A stretch of 64,000 bases of DNA, taken from the NCBI GenBank assembly GCA_043228905.1, contig JBHGNT010000020.1:9300001-9364000 (forward strand), given 5' to 3'. Positions 24,946 to 35,255 of this stretch are shown here, in pieces. The notes under the pieces were generated by a model, which was not told where the DNA came from, ran no database searches, and saw only the letters and a list, made by a program, of their open reading frames with translations. The position numbers and the translations under genes are program-made. How positions within the stretch are numbered: position 1 is the stretch's first letter; the number at the start of each line of letters is the position of its first letter. The stretch comes from Azolla caroliniana. Its lineage: Eukaryota > Plantae > Polypodiophyta.

Positions 24946-27300
24946 TGAGAGATTTCGGCGACGGTGATCAACCGGGTCCTCCGCCGTCCCGACACCCGAC
25001 CGCCTTGCCGACTCCTACCGACCTCGATCCGTCGACTTCCAGGAGCTCGCCTCTGCGGCTATCCTCGTTGACCTTTCTCGACTTCGTCTTCCATTCCGAG
25101 CATGCTCGTCCTTCCCACATGAACCGCCGTAGCCTCCCATCCTATCCGTCGCACGTCTGCGAGCCGTCGGCTCCATCCGATCCACCATATCTTACGCTTG
25201 CACCTTCTTCCTCGATCAGTCCTCCCAAACACTGTTGCCACTCCCGACCCCTCCTTCGGTCCCTTTATATATGCCCGTTCCGGGCCGGACGTCCTCCTCT
25301 TTGTATGTGCCCGCTCCAGGCCACGCCTCCTCACGGCCACCACCCATCTCTCCGGTCTTATGTTCGCACTCGAGCGCAACCGTCGTAGTCTCCAGCACCG
25401 GTGTCGAGGGATCTCTCCTCGTCAACTACAATCTTCCTCATCGTCGTCTCAATCACCCACCTTTCCACTACCGCCTTCCGTCTCTCGGGTCTTACGTGGG
25501 CCCTCGTGGCCAACCGCCGGAGTCTCAAGAATCAGTGTGGGCAAGGTCCCGGCACCATCGCTTGTCATGTCCGTAGCCACCTCCACCCGGACGTCGTTGT
25601 CCGTGGCTACCCCGTCTCTGATCGCGCAAGCCTCGATTACGCTTGCTTCCTCCCCATTTGATGTTTCAAGCAATCGTACCCCGAAACTTCCGCCCACTCT
25701 CGAAGTGGCGCTCCCCGCTCCGTAGTCTCCGGCCTCATCCATGGCCATCTCCTTTCCGCAAGACGAGAGGGTCGCTTGCTCCGCACCCTCTCCCACATTG
25801 TCGTCGTTGCACGCTCTTTTGGCCTTCGCATAGGCCTCGTTATCCACGCATAGGGAGGCTTCTTTCTCCGCATCCTCCGATCCTCTCGAGCCCGACTCCA
25901 TAATAAACCCTTCTTCGGCTTCGATCTTCGACTTCACGATCTTGTACACCTCCCCTACCAACGCCTCTAGGTCGTACTCCTCCGATCCATCACGTGTCAA
26001 GCTCTCCTCCGGCGGTAGTGCAAAGTCACTCACCACCCTCTCTTCTCCGCCGCTTGTGGGCCGTGTTGTGGCCGATTGCTTCTCATCATGTTGCCGGCAT
26101 ACCCACTCCGGTTTCGTGTACCCGTACGCCTCCAATAGAGTTCCCTCAAAGGACTCCCACGACTCGTGAGCTCCTCGAAGCTCCGTGACCTCTTTGTGTG
26201 TCAATATGATCTCCACTCGAAAAATATATTCTAGCCTCATTACTTCATCCACGCCCCTCTTCGTCATCTAGGCATTGTACGCTTCTAAGAATCTCGGGAC
26301 ATTGTCCCCGTTGAACCGGCTGACTCGATCGACCACCCTCTTGAAGGCTTGTTGAGCCACATCTCGCCTCGCCTTCTTTCGTCCGGCATCCATCACAATC
26401 TTCGCCATTATCTTCGCGAAGTCGAAGTCTTTGTCTTCCATCTCTATCCTCCCTTGCTGCCTCTTCACGTCAGGTTCACCAAATTATGTCGGGGAAATCC
26501 GCGAGTCCGTGTAGGATCCTAGGCGGGACCACAGGGTCTTGGACTAGGGAGTAGAGGAGAAATGGGAGCTTCGCTCAAGAGCAGAGGAGAAAGAATAAGA
26601 CATTAATATTGAACAAGAAATAGATGGAGGCAAGATACACAAACAAATTATATTAAGAATCCGTAAATGATTACAACCATGGCCGCATATGCCAAACCAA
26701 ACGACTACAAGAAACCCTAACCGGATAGGTAAAGAAGAAGAAGAAGAATGAATCAAACCCTAAAACGAGATCCTAAAACCCCAAACCCTAAAACGAAATA
26801 GGGATCATTAAAACCCTAATGGTCTACCCCGAAACAACAAAATGGCGACTCCCCAAAGAAAACCCCAAAAGTGGAAGCCCCTCCTCACTCAAAATAGGCA
26901 ACCCCTTCACAAGAGACCCCTCACTCCCTTTTATAGTAGTAAGGGGTGAGGCACATTACAAAAGGAGAGATCAAATCACCTTCTTTCAATGGGGAATATT
27001 TTTCCTTTATCTTAAATCGGTGGGCCTTTAACTCTCTCTTCTCTCACATTCACACTCAATGCCCACTACTCCCTACACCCATTCTTCATGTACTTTCCTC
27101 TAGTCTACAAAGTGCACATCACCTTTATGCCTCTATGAACCTCATGGTGCACCTTTAGCACCTTAGATTATTACCCTTCCCCTTACATTTTGTTATCTTA
27201 TTCTCATTATACAAATTTACAAGTGCATGTGCAATGTTGCACATCCCCATTTTATTTGTCCCACCCGAGTTTCTCACTGTAGCCGGAAATTTTCACGACA
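24946..27300 (-). mobile_element. Truncated gypsy-type element with tRNA-Trp PBS (5' LTR 26487-27300, PBS 26464-26481, gag-like ORF ~25449-26468)
   Basis: Plus-strand ttcacgtcaggttcacca matches the 3' end of plant tRNA-Trp (TTCACGTCGGGTTCACCA, from memory) with 1 mismatch. LTR ends tgtcgg...ttcacgaca. Gag-like RFNGDNVPRFLEAYNA*MTKRG follows. Confidence 0.78.
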
Positions 27301-29934
27301 ACGGTTTCCGCGTAAAGAAAAAGGGAAGAAGAAAATGTCGGAATACGATTTCGGCAATGTCGAGTCAGGTTGGAGCAAATCTAACTTCGGCCCAATCGAG
27401 AAGGAACCTCCACGAAAGAGGTCGAAATCAACTGAAAAGGTCATGAAATTGGGTAATCACGAATTACGCCGATCTACCCGCCTGAAGAACCCCGTAAAAA
27501 GATACGAGTATAATGAATACATGGTGCACCATTACGCGTACATGACACGAGTGGCGGAAGTGCATGAGCCGGAGAGCTACGCAGAAGCGGCGAAAGATAC
27601 AAATTGGCATGCCGAGATGGAGGAAGAGATGCGCGCTTTATCGGACAACGAGACTTGGGATCTGGTTGACGCACGTAAAGGTGTTAAGCCGATCAAATGC
27701 AAATGGGTGTTTAAGGTGAAATACAACACCGACGGCTCGGTCAACAGATATAAGGCCCATTTGGTTGCGAAAGGCTATGCGTAGAAACACATCGTCGATT
27801 ACGATGAGACCTTCGCACCAGTCGCAAAGATGACTACCGTGCGAGTTCTGCTAGCCGTAACAGCGGCGATGGGGTGGCATCTACATCAGATGGATGTAAA
27901 GAATGCCTCTTGCAAGGTGATCTTGAGGAATAGGTGTACATGGTACAGCCCCTCGGATTTCTATCCAAACAGAACACTTCGGCAATCTGCAGATTGAAGA
28001 AGGCATTATACGGACTTAAACAACCCCCGTGAGCTTGGAACGCAAAGATTACGCAAGAGTTGCATAGAATGGGGTTTACGACGTCCAAGTCAGACTCTTC
28101 ATTATATGTTCGGTAAGGTCGACATGGATCAGTTTGTCTTTTACTTTATGTTGATGATTTAGTCATCGCCGGTGCCGACCTGGAAGAAATCAATCATGTC
28201 AAGTCTCAACTTGTGACACCTTTCGAAATGAAGGATCTTGGAGACCTTCATTACTTTCTCGGAATTAGGTGATCCGCTCCCCCGAAGGCATATTAATAAG
28301 CCAACGTCATTACGCACTGAACATACTTTTCAAGTTTAGGATGGCAGATTGTAAGCCCATCTCGACCCCTCTGGATAGAAATGTAAAGCTTCACCGAGAT
28401 TCGGGAAAGGCATGCGACCCAACACGGTTCTGACAAATCGTCGGAAGCCTCATCTACTTGACGATCACTCATCTAGATCTCAGTTACCCGTTTGGCTTGA
28501 TCAGTCAATTTATGTCGCAACCCACGGCTGAACACTTTCAGTACGCTCAAAGGATATTAAGATATGTCAACAACACGAAAGACATGGCATTGCTATATCG
28601 GGCAAGCGTAGCCGAACAATAAGTGGGCTACACGGATGTCGATTGGGCCAAAAATGCCCATGATCGTAGATCCACATCCGGATATGCATTCTCATTGGGA
28701 AGTGCAGCGATCATGTGGAGCAGTAAGAAGCAGTCGACAGTAGCGTTGTCGAGCACAGAGGCCGAATATCAAGGGGCGATTGTCGCTACGTTGTCATGAA
28801 GATTTTCGGCAATGGTGTGAAAATCACATAAAACTATAAAAGGATGGAGGTCTTGAAGAGCTTTCGGATGCACTTTACTACATAAGAAACAGACATTTAA
28901 GTGTCAACTTATGTGGGTATGAAGTTTTGCAAAAAGAAAAAGAAAACTGTGAAATATCCCACATAGATAGGAAAGTTAAGGCCCTGGCTATATAAGCACA
29001 TTGAGATCCCTTATTTTTTCATTTGTGCTAAAAGCACTTTGGCCACTTTGTCTAGATGGATAAATGTGGCCAAATTCCCAAAAACCGATTGGCAATAAAA
29101 TGGAACTGGCAAGAAAGAGCCGAAGATAGCCGAACAAAGGGGAAATACAGGCAAGAAGGGCGTAAAGGCCAAGACCAAGACGTGGTCTAATGTTGTCAAG
29201 GGCCTGAAAACAGAAGACGAATTGGAGACAGCCAATTCGAGTGAAAGTGGAATTGAATAGGTAGTGACCGATTCAATCGAAATGTTCAATTCGGACATGT
29301 TGAATCAAGTAAGGGCCAAGCGAAGGAAAGGGCAGTGGAAGAGGCGCCAACACTACGACAACAAGGGAGCTGACAAGGGCCACGTGAGCAGACAAGCCGA
29401 CCAGAAGGGTCGTAGCACGCAAAATCGAACGGGTCAAGGAGCGTGAGTGAGGCGTGAAGCCAGGAGAGGCTGGAGCGAAGATCCGGAAAAGCAGATGGAA
29501 CCTCAAGTTGAGCTTGAGGGGGAGTGTTGAGAGACAAGCTCAACATTGGGTGTGTAACCCAGTGCATAGACTGGGTGCGTAAAACCGTACGCACAATATG
29601 GTCGTGGCGGTGTGTAAACCAAGAGGTTGTTAGAATGTTATTCCTCATAAGGAATAATTTAGGGAGTAAGTGTAGGATGCTTATTTATGAGCAGTCAAGT
29701 ACTATAAGTACTTGTGTTAGCCCAATAGTCAGGGCTTGTATAAAAGGTGCTCACTGAGCACGAAGTATGTACAGAGAACATACAGAGAATTATTTTTGAA
29801 TATAGTTTCGTTTTCTGCTCTCTCTGTCTCTCCCTCTCCTTCTCTATGATTTCTATGTTTTACCGAACTATCATACTTCCGAAGCGTGTACATTGTGTCT
29901 TTCGCATACGCTTCCATACACGTATTCTTTTACA
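27301..29934 (+). mobile_element. Decayed copia element G (B/E family): RT-RH, 3' extension, PPT and 3' LTR 29525-29934
   Basis: EPESYAEAAKD..WDLV..KYNTDGSVNRYKA, YVDDL and STEAEY motifs. gagcttgagggggag is followed by tgttgagagacaagctcaaca. Confidence 0.88.
28792..29100 (+). mobile_element. LTR fragment (Trp-PBS family, + orientation) inserted in the copia G RNase H
   Basis: tgtcatgaagattttcggc resembles the reverse complement of the 27300 LTR end. It interrupts the RH motif after ...gctacgt. The right boundary is unclear. Confidence 0.55.
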
Positions 29935-30520
29935 TGAATCATTCATGCACAGATGGTTAGGACCATACAAGATCATAGCGTGCATTAGCTCAAACACATA
30001 CCGGTTGCGCCGAGTCGATAAATTGACGGAAACAGTTGCACATGTCTCACGGATTAGGCGCATACCTTCCCCAACTAAGAACCTCCACCCCGAAGACACC
30101 AACGAGGACTCCACGGGACCGTCGCAGCCATCGACACACCTGGATGTCTCCACAATCGAGGTGCAGGCACCTCCTTCACTCTGCATCAAACCATAGCCGC
30201 CCAGAACCGTTGCACCATCGACAGTGCCACAGTCAACATCCTTGATAGGCGTTGCACAATGTCTTCAGTAGTCAAAAGCCCAAAAGCCCTCGCTGCACAG
30301 TAGAGAAAAGGAAAGAAAAGAAAGTGACAAGTCCTAATCTATAATTTTTCCTAAACGGGGGAGGTGTCATGTGTGGGAACCAAACTAGATATTTTGGTCC
30401 CAAGAGGAACCAACAAACCTTGTAACTAACTAGGGTTAGATCCAAGAAACGGTGGGAAACCTTATAAATAGAGGTGCCTACCAAGAGACCAGGAGGGGAA
30501 AAGGAAACTTGAATTGTGCA
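29935..30520 (+). mobile_element. Gypsy 3' fragment: integrase GPY/F tail, PPT and truncated LTR
   Basis: RWLGPYKIIACISSNTYRL..VAHVSRIR, then aaacggggga-gg followed by tgtcatg at ~30364, and TATA at ~30462. Confidence 0.7.
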
Positions 30521-30669
30521 CATTACAATATTTTAAATTTTAAAATCTTTCATTTTTTTAAAATTTTAAATTTTTTAAAGAGGTTCCTAAAATGTGAGAA
30601 TAAGGTCTAAAAATGAAAACATTGTTTATAAATTGTTAAAACTTTAAAAATAATAAATAAATAATAATA

Positions 30670-30820
30670 AAAAACCATTAAACCATTCAAATTGCGGTTT
30701 TTGACTGTTGAAACTGAACTAAACCATTTAAAAAAACCTAAACCTGAACTGAACCGAAACCGAACTATTTAAACCGTTAAGCCGTAGTTTTGCGGTTCAG
30801 TTCAGAACCGTTGCCGATTG
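30670..30820. mobile_element. Possible hAT/MITE terminus with AAACCG/AACCGA subterminal motifs
   Basis: Clustered aaacc(g/a), gaaccg and cggtt motifs in AT-rich DNA, ending aaccgttgcc. Confidence 0.35.
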
Positions 30821-30829
30821 TTAGTTGTT

Positions 30830-32090
30830 ACACAATGATCAATTTGTCAGCATTTGGGGTATCCATTGGGTGTTGATGTTGCAAAGTACAATTGATTGAC
30901 TAGATTGGTAGTAAATTCAAAGACAAATTTATGATTTGGAAATCTCAATTATGCCCCTTCCATGTATGACTCAAAGTGGTACAATGTATCTTGATTCCCA
31001 TGTTATTATATTTTTACTATTGCTAATTTGGACTAAGAAGGCATTACAAATATTGTCGCAACCTCTTCGATTCATGTTGTGGTGGAAGGGAGAAACAATA
31101 GGAGTTACATGGATTTCATGGGACCATGTGGCTACTCCCAAACAGTTAGGTGGTGCAACAATATTGGATTTGGAAATACATTTGATGGCTTGTAGATTTG
31201 CATTATTACAAGATATGTGTCAACAAGTTCAACTATGGATATCTATGATGCAATATTTTATTGAGTACAATAGGTTGGTGAATGGGAAAACAAAGATTCA
31301 AGCATCGTGGTGGCCATTACTCAATGGATGTATTCCTCTAAAGATTTGACATTATGTATGCAAGCAACAATTGGTAAGGCCATGGCAAGATGCATTATCT
31401 TTTTTTGAGTGTGCACCATCAAGTGATCGAGAATTTTGTAATTCGTGACAAAATGAATTGCTTGTTTCTTCTCAAGTGTTGTATTGACAAGGAAAAGGGA
31501 ATCTGAGATCTCAATTCAATTGTTTATTTCGATTGGGCATCATACATTTGGGAGATGTGGTTGATAATGAATTTCAAAGGTTGTCAAAATTTAAAGATGG
31601 AAAATGATGGTTATGTATTCACCCAATTTACAAATTTAGTTGGGAGAAATTACAAGATATACCATCGTTTCCATTGAAAATAAATGTTGCACCTTGGGTG
31701 GATTGGCGGTTAGAAGATGGTACACGCTTGTTACTGGTCACCACAAATATATTGTATCATCATGCAATGGCATCGGCTATCTCCTAAAGCAAAAAATTTG
31801 TGGAATGTATGTAGCTCGATGCAAGGTGGTGAAAAATATTAGTACAACGTGGTTGGCATTCCTAATTGCCATATCGTGCAAAAGTTATTCATATGGAGAG
31901 TCATGATTGATTGGTGGGTTCCCATTAGGTTCAACCTTAAAGAGACATGGACTAGGGTCGGGCATGTGTTTATTTCTTTTGCACCATTCCCTTGGAGGAC
32001 AAATACACGTGGGTTGATTAAATGCCCTACAACGTGTATCATTTGGAAGAACTTATCAGACATTTAACAAGTTTAAACCCGTTGTTAATA
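30830..32090 (+). mobile_element. Degenerate L1-type LINE 3' fragment
   Basis: LGYPLGV, ISWDHVATPKQLGGATILDL and LFIWRVM (zf-RVT-like) motifs with many stops. Confidence 0.7.
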
Positions 32091-32137
32091 TAATTGTGTG
32101 TTTTTACCATTCAGAGAGAGAGAGAGAGAGAGAGAGA

Positions 32138-34059
32138 AATAGATTATATTATCGTCTTCGGAGGTCAAATATGACCTATGAGACCAAAAATATTACATTT
32201 CACGTGATACGGGTGAAGGTGAGTAGCGACTCTCAATGTTCAAGAACTTTACCAATGAATGTTGCAATCGAGAGTGAACATCGTGGTTATGAGAGAAATT
32301 CGTGCAAGGATTGAGCTCGATCGAAGAGATGTGGAAAGCATGGTCAAATATGATCAAAGGTAGAGCATTGTATCAAAGTGTGATACTCAGACTCTCGAGC
32401 TTGTTTAGGGCAAAGTGTGCATAGCCAGCCACTCTCATCACTTGTGCCCCAACGCCCCGTCTCACATCTCAATGTGTGCAACCTAAGTCGCATGGAAGCA
32501 ATGGTTCGAATGGTAGATATCGGGATGGGCTCTAACATCTATCGATGTGTATGGCTTCCTTGTTCCGCGAAGAATATGGTTTTGTAGTTAGGTGCAACAT
32601 TTGTAATATAATGTGTGAAGCGTGAGCCACCACATTTGTCCCATGTCATGATACATTGGCATTGCAAAAAGGCCTCATTTATAGAGGAATCTAGTGACGC
32701 ATCATGAAGCAAGTGTCTTGCATCCCATCTACCAAACCATTTTTCTAAATCTTGCATCCAACCGGAACACAAAATTTTGCTTTTATGTGTCTTTTGGGTC
32801 TTTTTGCTTGCTTCCCATGCAATTCTAGGAAGTCGATGTGAGGGGCTTTTTTGAACCTTAAGCATGTATTCAACAACCCTTTCCATGACCATGATCTCAA
32901 TGGGGAGCGATCCCGTCTCAAGGAGGAGGAGGGTGTAGGGCGCTTGTTTCTTAACTTTGTTTTTGGATGATCTCAATGGGGAGCGATCCCGTCTCAAGGA
33001 GGAGGAGGGTGTAGGGCGCTTGTTTCTTAACTTTGCTTTTGGACATTTTCAAACTCTTTCCACATAGATTTAGGGATGCTACCGCCCCATATTTCCACCC
33101 CATAGAGAAGAACCGGGGTCACCAAAGTGTCAAAAAGATATTTCTTGAGGACCCAACACTTAATATCTCCAAGATTGCATGTGTTCTCAAATGCATAATA
33201 TGCTCGCTTACCCGCCTCTCAGCGGCGTGTAGCACATTCATTCCATTTATGATTTGAAGGAACTTCAAGGCCAAGATATTTGAAGCTTTCCACACATTCA
33301 AGTGGCTCATTGTTGTACATAATGCATGGTTTATCTCTTTTTTGACTCTTCACAAGCATAATCTTTGTTTTAGAGCTATTGACACTTAATCTAGTATGCA
33401 TGCAAATTTTTTCCAATGCCTTCATAAGCTTTTGTGCATCTCCTGAAGTATTTGCAAAAAACACTACATCATCCGCATATAATAAAAGCATAATCACAAC
33501 ATTCCCAATGGCAACTTCTTCAACACATTCTTCCTTTACAAGCTTGGTAACCATTTCTTCTAATTCATCAATGCATAGACCAAATAATGTTGGTGAGAGT
33601 GGGCATCCTTGCTTAACACCAATAATGCTATTGAAAAAATCTGAAAGTCTATCTTTCATACGCACACAACATATAACCTTCTCATATATTCAGGAAATTG
33701 CAAGCATATATCCACTTGGCACCTCAAGTTCTTCCATCCGCCTCCAAAGATGCTCACGAGGTACCATATCAAAAGTTTTCTTGAAGTCTACAAAGCAACA
33801 ATATAAACCTTTACCTCTAATGCGACTTTCCTCCATTAATACTTGAAGAGTGACAAGATGATCAATGGTGTTATGGTGTTTTCAAAAACCAGTTTGTCCA
33901 TAAGCTCTCTTACCATTTTTTTCTACCCATACACTTATCTTTGATTCCATTATACATCCAAATAGTTTTGCCATTAATGAGCCACCCATGATGGTTCGAT
34001 AGTTGTTTACATTATTTACATCTCCGCCTTTATGTAAAGGTTTGATCCAATTTGTCGTT
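32138..34059 (-). mobile_element. 5'-truncated RTE-type LINE (RT pseudogene) flanked by (GA)n
   Basis: YCCFVDFKKTFDMVPREHLW, GVKQGCPLSPTLFGLCIDEL, LLYADD, FKYLG and RLRLHTLRCETGRW..LCTLC..ESEYHTLIQC motifs. Internal ~69-bp tandem duplication at 32891-33035. Confidence 0.88.
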
Positions 34060-34079
34060 TAGAGAGAGCGAGAGAGAGA

Positions 34080-34150
34080 TGGATATAGCTCAGTTGGTAA
34101 GGTTGCGCAATGTGGACCAGGTGGTCATGGGTTCAACCCCTACATTCCAC
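34080..34150 (+). mobile_element. tRNA-derived SINE head or tRNA pseudogene
   Basis: Pol III A box tagctcagttgg and B box gggttcaaccc at tRNA-like spacing, but no well-formed anticodon arm. Confidence 0.55.
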
Positions 34151-35255
34151 ATTCAGTGGCATCTAGTGAAATAAGAGATATCTATGGAATGAAGTAAGAG
34201 ATATCTATGGAGTAATAGAGAGGTGAGAAAATATGGGCTTCGAAACCCTAGATGTAGTTGTAGTGCTATGGTAGTGTAATGACTTACCATTAGGGTAAAC
34301 TAATTATAATTAGAGAGAGATTAAGGTCTTTTAAGAGGCCAAAATGGAAGACCAAAAAAGAGAGATAGAGCCCTGCCTACATGGGTCCATGGAGATGGAT
34401 GAGGACTTTTCCCCACTCACTCAGAGGATGACCCCGAAGACTTTGTCATGGCTTTCCTTTTTGTATCTGATTACTTATCTATCTATCTATGCGCCTTTAT
34501 GTTCTTCATCTGATTTCATTTTGCAAGTTTTCCTTCCACAGTTCTGATCCCTGAGCTCTATGCGGATTTGGCTGCCTATTCTTTACACTCATAGAAAGAG
34601 ATTCTTCCACAATTCGCCCACTAGATCTCTTCTCCTGCTATCCATCAGTGGTACAAGTAAGAAGGAACCCATTGCAAAGATCTATTCCATTGTCTTGCTT
34701 GTCTGATTAATTCTTCATTTCAGGTCTTTCATAGATTAGAGCTTGCTTTTATTTTCTTCTGATTTGAGTTCTGATTGTTCCCATTGTTCTTCATTACGAA
34801 TTAGCTTTCCCCCCTTTCTTTCTTCTGTTTTGCTTCAGTTTTTCTATTTCTTGCTCCTTTTTTAAAATAGATGACTTTTTCCCACATTCACTGAAATTCT
34901 GCCTTTTGTATTCTCTGCTCATTTAAGGTTTATTATATTAGATTTCTTACTAGTTTCTTTAGATTTACCTTTTTCCTTCGTTTGTTCTTCATTGAGGAAT
35001 CTCATTGATTATGCTCTCATAGCGTCTTGTGATTTACCTTTTACCTCATTTCTATTATTGTTAAACGGAAGATTGGATATTGCCTTGGCAGGTTGTTCTG
35101 GAGAATAATGGGTACATATTGGCAAAAGGAAGTCAACATTGAGATGTTCTCTGCTCTTTGATTCTTCAAAACAAGGACAATTTGTTTTGAAAGTCAAGGT
35201 TAATAATACTGTAAAAAAGTATTCAGATATGTTTCAGGAGAGAAAGTTTACAAAA

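Noticed and set aside
34080-34150. Functional tRNA gene
   Set aside because: A and B boxes are present, but the anticodon and acceptor stems do not pair properly, so it is treated as a SINE head or pseudogene.
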